Source: a bacterium (GTDB lineage: Bacteria > Babelota > Babeliae > Babelales > RVW-14). From it: a stretch of DNA of 64,000 nucleotides. The stretch lies in assembly GCA_043822925.1 (NCBI GenBank), contig JBDRBF010000041.1, forward strand, positions 1 through 64,000, given 5' to 3'. This document shows, one piece after another, positions 19,618-28,181 of the stretch (positions within the stretch are counted from its first letter, which is position 1; each line of letters starts with the position of its first letter). The position numbers and the translations under genes were made by a program. The notes beneath the pieces were generated by a model. The model did no database searches, was not told where the DNA came from, and saw only the letters and a list, made by a program, of their open reading frames with translations.

Positions 19618-20937
19618 ATGATTTATAGAAAAAAAATTCAGGCACTTTTACTTACAGGATGTTTACTCAGCCTTTCAAGTCAATTACTTGCGAGTCATAA
19701 TACCAGTAAATATTCACTCTTTCTGGAGCGTCCAGACAATTACTCATACAGAAAAAAGCCATATCTACATGCTTCGCTATTTTATACATCAGCATCGACG
19801 GCGTTTCATCGCTATGGTGGCAACGCAGGTTTATATGAACTTTCAGGAAAATACGATTTACAAAACATTTTTGACAGCCTAAAAACCGCTCACGCAACAG
19901 ATGTAGCACTTAAGCCACAATTAGATCTCTGGGAGAGACAACTTGCTGGCTATGCAAATAAAACCGAATTTACAGCAGAAGGCAAATGCAAAGCAAGAGG
20001 CTTTGCACTTCAATACGATTGCGATCTTAAATGGAACAATCTTGTGGTTGGAGCATCTATTCCATTTATATCAATAAATACAACCAGTCGCCTTAATCCA
20101 TCAAATAAATCTTTGTCTGCAAGCGACCAACTAAATCTCAGTAAGATACGAAGAGAAATTCATGACACACTTGATCTTCGCGAAAATAACTGGGACAAAG
20201 GCGGGATTGGTGACGTAGACGTTTATCTCCGCTGGAATTATTTTTTAGATCATAAGCTTTTAATGCGCAGTATTAATCTCAATTTCCAATTTGGTTGCCT
20301 AGCCCCTACCGGCATCAGCCAAGACACCTCATACTTTTCATCTGTTCCTGTCATGGGCAATGGACATTGCGGACTTTATCTAGACTTTGTTCCCGAATTT
20401 GAACTTAAACAAAATTTAAAAGTCGGCTTCATGGTCGGTAACATTTATCAATTCAAAAACACAAAAATAATGCGCTTGCCTACGTATAAAGAACCTGCAA
20501 TTTTTAGCCCTATTGTTGGAGATGTTAGTATTGAGCCTGGCTACACACTTAAACTAGCTCCCTATGTGATTCTTGAAAATCTTACAAACGGTGTTCATTT
20601 TCAAGCCCGTTATTCTTATTTGCGCCACAGCACTGATTCATGGAAAGATGCTCGCTCGACCGACGAAAAAACAAGCACCCCAAGCTATTTAAATATGAAG
20701 CCAGACATTGCAAATAACATAACTCAGGAAAATATAAACGATAATATAGCAAGTAAGAAAAATTTAACAAAATGGCGCGCACACTACATCACGCTGCAAT
20801 TTTTATATAACTCAAAAGATGCATTACATAATCTTGTTTTTGATCCCAACGTTTATATTTCCTATGATCTTCCAATTGCTGGTCGCGGTATAAGTAAAAC
20901 ACATCAGATTACACTCGGTGCTGAATTACACTTTTAA
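19618..20937 (+). CDS. Putative outer-membrane beta-barrel protein
   Basis: Signal peptide, GGIGDV motif, alternating beta-strands, C-terminal ITLGAELHF (BamA-type beta signal). Confidence 0.55.
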   Translation: MIYRKKIQALLLTGCLLSLSSQLLASHNTSKYSLFLERPDNYSYRKKPYLHASLFYTSASTAFHRYGGNAGLYELSGKYDLQNIFDSLKTAHATDVALKPQLDLWERQLAGYANKTEFTAEGKCKARGFALQYDCDLKWNNLVVGASIPFISINTTSRLNPSNKSLSASDQLNLSKIRREIHDTLDLRENNWDKGGIGDVDVYLRWNYFLDHKLLMRSINLNFQFGCLAPTGISQDTSYFSSVPVMGNGHCGLYLDFVPEFELKQNLKVGFMVGNIYQFKNTKIMRLPTYKEPAIFSPIVGDVSIEPGYTLKLAPYVILENLTNGVHFQARYSYLRHSTDSWKDARSTDEKTSTPSYLNMKPDIANNITQENINDNIASKKNLTKWRAHYITLQFLYNSKDALHNLVFDPNVYISYDLPIAGRGISKTHQITLGAELHF

Positions 20938-20967
20938 TAAATACTTATAAAATTAAAGGGTCTTTAT

Positions 20968-22005
20968 ATGAAATTTTGGCCTGCACGCAAATTATTCGAT
21001 CTCTTTTCAAACGATATGGCAATTGACCTTGGAACAGCAAACACTGTTATCTATATAAAAGGCCAAGGTATTATTCTAGATCAACCTTCAGTTGTCGCCG
21101 TAAAAGCATCAACAAACGAAGTACTTGCAGCGGGAAACAAAGCCAAATCTATGTTAGGCAAAACGCCAGAAAGCATCATAGCCTGTCGCCCAATGCGCGA
21201 CGGCGTTATCGCAAATTTTGAACTTACTGAAGCCATGCTTCGCTATTTTATTTTAGACGCAAATAATAACCGTAAAACATTTGTCCGTCCCCGCATGATC
21301 ATCGGCGTCCCATCAGGTATCACCCAAGTAGAAAAACGCGCTGTCGAAGATTCAGCAAAACAAGCTGGCGCTCGTGAAGTGTTTACCATCATGGAACCAA
21401 TGGCTGCGGCTATCGGCGCCGGACTTCCTGTTGTAGAACCAACCGGAAACATGATTGTTGATATCGGCGGTGGCACCACTGAAGTTGCGATTATTTCTCT
21501 TAAAGACATCGTATATTGCAAATCTGTACGCGTTGGTGGCGATGAAATGGATCGCGCAATCGTTCAATACATTAAACGAAAATATAACGTTCTGATCGGT
21601 GAAAAAACAGCCGAATTAATTAAAATAACTATTGGTACCGCTATATTATCTGAAGAAGTAAGACAAATACCTGTTAAAGGGCGCGATTTAATAACTGGCG
21701 TACCAAAAACACTCTTACTCAGCGACACTGAAGTTTTCGAAGCCGTCGCTGAACCTATTTCAGTAATTATTGACGCAGTCAGATCTGCTCTTGAAAATGC
21801 ACCGCCAGAACTTTCATCAGACCTTGTTGACCGTGGCATCATGATGTCCGGCGGAGGCTCACTGCTCAAAAACTTAGATCTTTTAATTTCAAAAGAAACA
21901 GGATTGCCCGTTCAAGTGGCTAACGACCCACTACGTTGCGTTGTACTTGGCGCAGGGAAAGTTCTCGAAGAACTCGACTTCTTTAGAGAAGCAGTTTTGA
22001 GATAA
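20968..22005 (+). CDS. mreB: Rod shape-determining protein MreB
   Basis: IDLGTANT, RPMRDGVIA, EPMAAAIGAG, DIGGGTTE. Confidence 0.97.
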   Translation: MKFWPARKLFDLFSNDMAIDLGTANTVIYIKGQGIILDQPSVVAVKASTNEVLAAGNKAKSMLGKTPESIIACRPMRDGVIANFELTEAMLRYFILDANNNRKTFVRPRMIIGVPSGITQVEKRAVEDSAKQAGAREVFTIMEPMAAAIGAGLPVVEPTGNMIVDIGGGTTEVAIISLKDIVYCKSVRVGGDEMDRAIVQYIKRKYNVLIGEKTAELIKITIGTAILSEEVRQIPVKGRDLITGVPKTLLLSDTEVFEAVAEPISVIIDAVRSALENAPPELSSDLVDRGIMMSGGGSLLKNLDLLISKETGLPVQVANDPLRCVVLGAGKVLEELDFFREAVLR

Positions 22006-22036
22006 CACGTTACTCTAAAAACAAATTCTAACCTTA

Positions 22037-22068
22037 AAAGGCTCGTAAAATATTACGGGCCTTTTTTT
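22037..22068 (+). terminator. Rho-independent terminator after mreB
   Basis: aaaaggctcgtaa-aata-ttacgggcc-ttttttt. Confidence 0.8.
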
Positions 22069-22191
22069 ATACAAAAAAAAGAACTCCTATATTCGCAAAG
22101 CTTTACAAGCAGTAATATTATAAGTAATACTAGAAAATATCTTGCGCATAAATTTAAAACAAAAGTCTTGAAGTGGACTTAAATAAGCGCT

Positions 22192-22218
22192 CGTGAATAA
22201 CGTGAATAACGTGAATAA
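22192..22218 (+). repeat. 3 x 9-bp tandem repeat (cgtgaataa) next to the Shine-Dalgarno
   Basis: Exact copies at 22192, 22201 and 22210, followed by aaggag. Confidence 0.9.
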
Positions 22219-22233
22219 AAGGAGAATAGTACA

Positions 22234-23925
22234 ATGACCAGAAATCTTTGTCATCATTTTTACAAAATTCAAATCTTTTTATTCTTATCTCTTTTCTCTT
22301 CACCAGTAATCGCAAACATCTCTTTTCATAGCAAAAGTTCTGCCTGGATTGTAAGCGAGGGAGAAATTATTGTATCAGATACAACTCATCTTTATGGATG
22401 GAAAGATGCATCGGTAATAAAAGATAATGCTTATACCGGGAACAATTGGACTGGATACCCATCATCCCCCTGGAACTATGCAAATTTACCAAGTTTAGAC
22501 GTCATAAACAATAGTAATGCCATAAATTACTATGCACCAACTATTAGAAATAACTCCCGCTTATTAAGCCAGACAAGCAACGCACTTATAACAGATATTG
22601 GCAACTTGCGAACAACAAGTAATGCCCTCCTATATGGACTAAGAATTAATAGTAATGCTATCGTAACAAACGCTATTAATATCAAAACAAACAGTAACAG
22701 CATCGTAAAAAACAACATAGATATAAAATCGAACAGCAATGCCATTATTTCTCTGGCTGCATCTGGCATGGGAGTTCTCGCAACCCAAAATAGCAACGCC
22801 ATAAATTACTACGCACCAATAATTAGAAACGATTCAAGATTATTAAAACAAACAAGTGATGCGTTTATATATAATCTTAACACAAGCGGCGCCGAGGGAA
22901 TTAAAAACAATAGCAATGCAATAATAGTATTAGACAAGCTCACTAAACAAAACAGCAATGCTATAGTAAGTGGTGGCGGAGGAAGTGAAATAAACTATGA
23001 AGGCAACCTCACTATTGCTGGCCCAACCTATACATTGGCCCATAACCGATTTGCCAACCCAGTTTCTTCAAATATTTACTTCACTGGAAATACAACTTTT
23101 AATGGCAATAATAATTATATACAATTCAGCGATAGTCCTAGCTCTATTCACGTATCTCCTGGTGTAACTGTTATTTTCTCAAATACCATATTTAAAGATC
23201 TTACTGATACAGTATTTAACTTAAGTGCCGGAGCTCAAGTAATATTTGATACAGGAACCGTTATTGAAATAATGCGACCAACAACATTAAATCAAAACTG
23301 GATTTTCACAGGAGATTCTCTTATTTATGGTTACAATAATACACTCGATCTAGCAAATTCTAACATTCAAATATCAAGCAATAGCACATTAACAATACAC
23401 AGCCTAAATATAACTGGCCTCAAAAATAATAACTTATCGGCTACCAGCTCAAACGACCGAATTACGCTACAAAATGCTGCACTTATACTCTCAAACAACT
23501 TTAGCTATAGCACCGGCGCATTAAGATTCGAAAACGATGTTTTAATTACCGGTACAAATACATTTACCTACGCAACAGATCAAATATCAACTATAGCATC
23601 GCAATCACACGTAATTCTGGATACCGGAGTAACGTTTGAATATAACGCCCCTATCGCAAATAGAGACCTACTGACCATGACAGATCAAACATCACGCTTA
23701 ATCTTAAACGGCTGCACCCTATCTTCAACGACAACAGGCCTGCGTTTAACCAAAGGAACATTAGTTATTGAACACAAAAACAACCTATACAACACAGGCG
23801 CAACATCTTTATCAGAAGCTATTAACTTAGGTAACGGCACTCCAAATGGCGAACTGACGATTGAAATAAAACCAGGAGCATCAATAGATCTTAAATCGGG
23901 AATCTTAAATTATGAAAATGTATAA
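22234..23925 (+). CDS. Exported protein A: small head + SNA-repeat stalk + beta-rich C-terminal domain
   Basis: Signal peptide, NSNAI/TSNAL repeats, C-terminal LNGCTLSSTTTGLRLTKG motif shared with its neighbours. Confidence 0.75.
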   Translation: MTRNLCHHFYKIQIFLFLSLFSSPVIANISFHSKSSAWIVSEGEIIVSDTTHLYGWKDASVIKDNAYTGNNWTGYPSSPWNYANLPSLDVINNSNAINYYAPTIRNNSRLLSQTSNALITDIGNLRTTSNALLYGLRINSNAIVTNAINIKTNSNSIVKNNIDIKSNSNAIISLAASGMGVLATQNSNAINYYAPIIRNDSRLLKQTSDAFIYNLNTSGAEGIKNNSNAIIVLDKLTKQNSNAIVSGGGGSEINYEGNLTIAGPTYTLAHNRFANPVSSNIYFTGNTTFNGNNNYIQFSDSPSSIHVSPGVTVIFSNTIFKDLTDTVFNLSAGAQVIFDTGTVIEIMRPTTLNQNWIFTGDSLIYGYNNTLDLANSNIQISSNSTLTIHSLNITGLKNNNLSATSSNDRITLQNAALILSNNFSYSTGALRFENDVLITGTNTFTYATDQISTIASQSHVILDTGVTFEYNAPIANRDLLTMTDQTSRLILNGCTLSSTTTGLRLTKGTLVIEHKNNLYNTGATSLSEAINLGNGTPNGELTIEIKPGASIDLKSGILNYENV

Positions 23926-23947
23926 AAAATAAAAAAAACCTGGCTCC

Positions 23948-24005
23948 TGGATCCCTACTACACCCAGGTGGCTTGGAAGGCCAGACGAGTCCTGGATAAC
24001 AAGTA
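23948..24005. repeat. Composite REP-like element
   Basis: tggatc[cctactacacccaggtggcttggaaggccagac]gagtcctggataacaagta; resembles the 4505-4592 element. Confidence 0.55.
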
Positions 24006-24023
24006 AAAAAGAAAGAGAGAGTT

Positions 24024-26024
24024 ATGAAGAAAAATATGAGACTATTTTTATACCTGTTTTTTGCACTATTCTTTATGCAGCAAAAAACTCATGCCTCGTT
24101 CTTTAATCCATCCCCATACACTCTAGATTACGGAACAACAGCGTCAACCGCTCGCTGGAATGCAAATGGCACATATCTAGCCGTCGGAGGAACTAACTTT
24201 CCAACCGATCTCACTATATACGGTTTTGATGGCACATACGTAACACCAAAAGCAACAGAATCTTTTGGCAACGGAGCCTTTGCTGTCGATTGGTCACCAA
24301 ACGGACAATATCTGGCCATTGGTGGAGACTACTCGACCAATGCTCTTATTATTTATAAATGGGACGGAGTAGATACAACACTTAGCACATCAAAATATCA
24401 CGGCTCATATGTAACTGCTGTCGCATGGAACCCCGCTGGAAACGCTCTTGCCGTTGGTGGCAACTGGAACAACAACAATCTTGCACTTTATAATTGGGAT
24501 GGATATAACACGCTCTCGCTCACCACATCAAAATATTATGGCACACAGGTTAACGGCCTCGCTTGGAATCCAGCAGGAACTAAGCTAGCTGTTGCCGGTC
24601 AAAATCGTTACTGTGGACTAAGCCTCTACGACTGGAATGGCTCAACCCTTACGCTCACCACATCAAAATATCACGGAATTTCCGCAAATGCTCTTGCCTG
24701 GACAAGTACCGGAACGTATCTCGCTGTTGGTGGAAACTATAATACAAACAATGTTATTATCTATACTTTAAGCGGACCCTCATCACTCACACTCACAACA
24801 TCGATTTCTTTTGGAACAAATGCTAACACGCTTTCTTGGAGTTATGATGACCGCTATTTAACCGTCGGTGGAGACAATAGCTCTGCTGATTTGACAACCT
24901 ACGAATGGAACGGCTCAACACTCACACCAATACCAAATTCACAAGCAAGTTACGGCAACGGAGTCTATGGTGCCAGCTGGAGCCCCTACTCAGATTATCT
25001 GGCTGTCGCTGGAAATAACAGCTCAAACGACTTCACACTCTATACAAGCAATGGTTATTTAAATGGCACAAAAAATAACGTAACCCTCTCAAATCATTAC
25101 TTATTTACAGATGGCGGCTATGCAAACGGTCTTGTTAATTTTACTAATGGTTGCACCGTACTTCCTGGCAAAAAACTTAAACTTGCACTACTTACACCAT
25201 TTTCCGGTGGTCTAGATTTACGAGACACAGCAACCTTACAACTTGAAGACGATTTATATTTAGACGCAGACGTCACCCTCACAACTGGCGGCTATATTTA
25301 TGGGCAAGGACATGCAATCTATTTAGAAAATGATTTAACAATTCCAGATAACACCATCATGCACATCAGTAATGATACTATAATTGATGGAAATGGGCAT
25401 AAACTTAACTTAGGACACGAAAGTCAATTATTTATAGATTGGGGAGTAACGCTCACACTTAGAAATATGACATTCAAAAACACCGTTAACAATCAAGATA
25501 CTCCACCAGTAAGACTTAATGGAAAAACAAGCAAACTTGCTTTGGATAACATTCATCTTGAATTATCCAGTGACTTCTCATTTACCTACGGCCAACTCTT
25601 TATTCATAACGATGTTTTAGTTACCGGCACTTCAAAGTTCAATTATCTCTCATCACATCAAAGCTACATAGATACATGCAGTACTCTTTACTTTGACCTT
25701 GGCACTACCTTTTCTTTTGCCCCATATTTATCGACTAATAAAGATCTTATTTACATGAAAGATGCATCAGCGACACTATATCTTAATGGTACCACGCTTG
25801 CAATAACACACACTGGATTACGTCTAACCAGAGGCCGTTTATTAATAGATAATACAGTAACGTTCACCAGTCAATATTATGAAGGAAGTCACAAACAAGC
25901 ACCAAGCAACGGGCTTATTTTTGGCAACGCTATATTTAGCGACTCTATATACGATCTAGATGTGCACCTTTTGGGTGGAGCAAATATTGGCCAATACACG
26001 TTAGTAAAAGTTGACGAAATATAA
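24024..26024 (+). CDS. Exported protein B: 7-bladed WD40-like beta-propeller + beta-rich C-terminal domain
   Basis: Seven W-x-x-x-G-x-x-L-A-V-G-G type blades; IDGNGH; LAITHTGLRLTRG. Confidence 0.8.
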   Translation: MKKNMRLFLYLFFALFFMQQKTHASFFNPSPYTLDYGTTASTARWNANGTYLAVGGTNFPTDLTIYGFDGTYVTPKATESFGNGAFAVDWSPNGQYLAIGGDYSTNALIIYKWDGVDTTLSTSKYHGSYVTAVAWNPAGNALAVGGNWNNNNLALYNWDGYNTLSLTTSKYYGTQVNGLAWNPAGTKLAVAGQNRYCGLSLYDWNGSTLTLTTSKYHGISANALAWTSTGTYLAVGGNYNTNNVIIYTLSGPSSLTLTTSISFGTNANTLSWSYDDRYLTVGGDNSSADLTTYEWNGSTLTPIPNSQASYGNGVYGASWSPYSDYLAVAGNNSSNDFTLYTSNGYLNGTKNNVTLSNHYLFTDGGYANGLVNFTNGCTVLPGKKLKLALLTPFSGGLDLRDTATLQLEDDLYLDADVTLTTGGYIYGQGHAIYLENDLTIPDNTIMHISNDTIIDGNGHKLNLGHESQLFIDWGVTLTLRNMTFKNTVNNQDTPPVRLNGKTSKLALDNIHLELSSDFSFTYGQLFIHNDVLVTGTSKFNYLSSHQSYIDTCSTLYFDLGTTFSFAPYLSTNKDLIYMKDASATLYLNGTTLAITHTGLRLTRGRLLIDNTVTFTSQYYEGSHKQAPSNGLIFGNAIFSDSIYDLDVHLLGGANIGQYTLVKVDEI

Positions 26025-26103
26025 AAAATCTATGCACAAAGTTAAAAATAAAACCTTAAAGTTAACTTTAACCGGCACCTGAAAATAAAGGGAGAAGAGT
26101 AAA

Positions 26104-28014
26104 ATGGCCAGAAATATTAATAGCCGTTTTTATAGCACTCGAATTTTATTATTTCTATTTCTTTTTTTCTCAACAATAAATGCAAAAATAACTTTTCAGA
26201 ACAAAAATTCAGATTGGGTTATATGCGAAAACAATACGCTTTATTTAAACACAGCAAACACCTATGGATGGCAAGCGTCATCAATTACAAAAAACAATGG
26301 GTACACAGGCGCAGCTAATACATGGACCGGATACCCAGCAGCACCATGGACCGCCACAAACATACCAAGCTTAGATGTCATCAATAATAGTAACGCTATC
26401 AATTACAATACCCCCATTATCAGAACAAATAGCAACGCCATAAACTATTACGCCCCAATAATACGTAACAACTCATATCTTCTAAATCAAACAAGTAACG
26501 CTCTGGTCAAAAACACTCTTAATATCAGAACAAATAGTAACGCTCTGGTTAAAAACACTCTTGATATTAGAACCAACAGTAACGCAATACTCTACGGCGA
26601 CAGAACAAATAGCAACGCCATAAACTATTACACCCCAATAATACGTAACAACTCATATCTTCTGAACCAAACAAGTAACGCTCTGGTCAAAAACACTATC
26701 GATACCAGAACAAATAGTAACGCTCTGGTTAAAAACACTCTTGATATCAGAACAAATAGTAACGCTCTGGTTAAAAACACTCTTGATATTAGAACCAACA
26801 GTAACGCTCTGACGTACAATACCGATAACATCAAAAATAATAGTAATACTATCGTAGCGACTAATAGACTCACCAAACAAAATAGCAGCGCCATTATTAA
26901 AAATACGGCTGATATTTCTGCCATACCGAGCAATACAGTCGTCGTCGGGACAAGTAACGCGATGGTTTATTATGCGCCTATGATCAGAAACAACTCATAT
27001 CTTCTGAACCAAACAAGTAACGCTCTGGTCAAAAACACTCTTAATATCAGAACCAACAGTAACGCAATACTCTACGGCGACAAAACAAATAGCAACGCCA
27101 TAAACTATTACGCACCAATAATACGCAATAACTCATATCTCTTAAAACAAACGAGTAACTCCATAGCCAACCCACTTATAAAAACAAGCAACCATCTAAG
27201 TACAGGAGCCCTCATCCTAACCAGCGATTTACTGCTCACGGCAAACTGCACCGTAGATCCCACCTCTTGCAACATCTATGGCAATGGCCACACGATTTAC
27301 TTAGGCGGAGATTTAGTCCTTCCCGACGATTATATAATGCTAATTGGCAGCGACACCATTATCGATGGTAATGGACATTCATTAATCTTAGGGAAAAGAA
27401 GTGAAATCGCTCCTGAATATACCCTCACTCTTACACTCAGGAATCTCACGCTCAAAAATATACTTAACCCACTACCTGACGCGACTCCTATTTATTTCGA
27501 CGCTTCCAATTGCAACCTCGCGCTTGATAACGTCACTATGGCGCTAACCGATGACTTCCCTTTTGACAATTACAATAATGGCGCAAAACTATTCATTCAC
27601 AATGACGTCATTTTCACCGGAACATCTAAGTTTATCTACCAATCCGATAAACCAGCATACATAGATGGCAAAAGTACTTTCTATTTTGATAACAACACTA
27701 CATTTTCTTTTGCTCCTCTCTCGACCAATAAAGATCTTATTTACATGAAAGATAAAACATCAACGCTCTATCTTAATAACGCCACACTTGCAATAACACA
27801 CACCGGGCTGAGACTAACCAAAGGCAACCTGTTACTGGAAAACAATGTAACTTTTACCAGCCAACGCTACGAAGGATCCCATAAACAAGCGCTCTCAAAT
27901 TCATTTGTTTTTGGTAACGCAACATTAGGTGAAAATTACGACTTAAACGTACAAATATTAAACAACGCGAAACTTAATGTAAAAGGCATGATTAAGAATA
28001 ATAACATTAACTAG
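26104..28014 (+). CDS. Exported protein C: A-type head + long SNA-repeat stalk + B-type C-terminal domain
   Basis: N-terminus homologous to A (WTGYP..PW...N.PSLDVINNSNAINY); C-terminus close to B (STNKDLIYMKD...YEGSHKQA). Confidence 0.8.
   Translation: MARNINSRFYSTRILLFLFLFFSTINAKITFQNKNSDWVICENNTLYLNTANTYGWQASSITKNNGYTGAANTWTGYPAAPWTATNIPSLDVINNSNAINYNTPIIRTNSNAINYYAPIIRNNSYLLNQTSNALVKNTLNIRTNSNALVKNTLDIRTNSNAILYGDRTNSNAINYYTPIIRNNSYLLNQTSNALVKNTIDTRTNSNALVKNTLDIRTNSNALVKNTLDIRTNSNALTYNTDNIKNNSNTIVATNRLTKQNSSAIIKNTADISAIPSNTVVVGTSNAMVYYAPMIRNNSYLLNQTSNALVKNTLNIRTNSNAILYGDKTNSNAINYYAPIIRNNSYLLKQTSNSIANPLIKTSNHLSTGALILTSDLLLTANCTVDPTSCNIYGNGHTIYLGGDLVLPDDYIMLIGSDTIIDGNGHSLILGKRSEIAPEYTLTLTLRNLTLKNILNPLPDATPIYFDASNCNLALDNVTMALTDDFPFDNYNNGAKLFIHNDVIFTGTSKFIYQSDKPAYIDGKSTFYFDNNTTFSFAPLSTNKDLIYMKDKTSTLYLNNATLAITHTGLRLTKGNLLLENNVTFTSQRYEGSHKQALSNSFVFGNATLGENYDLNVQILNNAKLNVKGMIKNNNIN
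26385..27165 (+). repeat. Intragenic tandem coding repeats (42-bp units and ~180-bp blocks)
   Basis: RTNSNALVKNTLDI units; block starting 26422 recurs at 26602 and, in part, near 27000-27150. Confidence 0.9.
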
Positions 28015-28018
28015 AAAA

Positions 28019-28181
28019 CCGGGGTTAAAACCCCGGCCTAACAAGAGCTTCGTGCTACCGCACGAGAAAGCTTCGATGAACATGAAAACCGATAAATGTA
28101 AAATTCCTAAACCCTTACAATTAAAGGCGAGATCATCATGCAGAGCCTGAAATTTGCAATAGCCTGGGGTTTTAACCCCAG
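28019..28181. repeat. Inverted pair of REP-like palindromes (REPIN-like doublet)
   Basis: ccggggttaaaaccccgg (28019-28036) and ctggggttttaaccccag (28164-28181) have reverse-complementary cores; extra hairpin tcgtgc-tacc-gcacga at 28050-28065. Confidence 0.65.

Noticed and set aside
26385-27165. CRISPR array
   Set aside because: The repeats are in-frame coding units without unique spacers, and there are no cas genes in the window.
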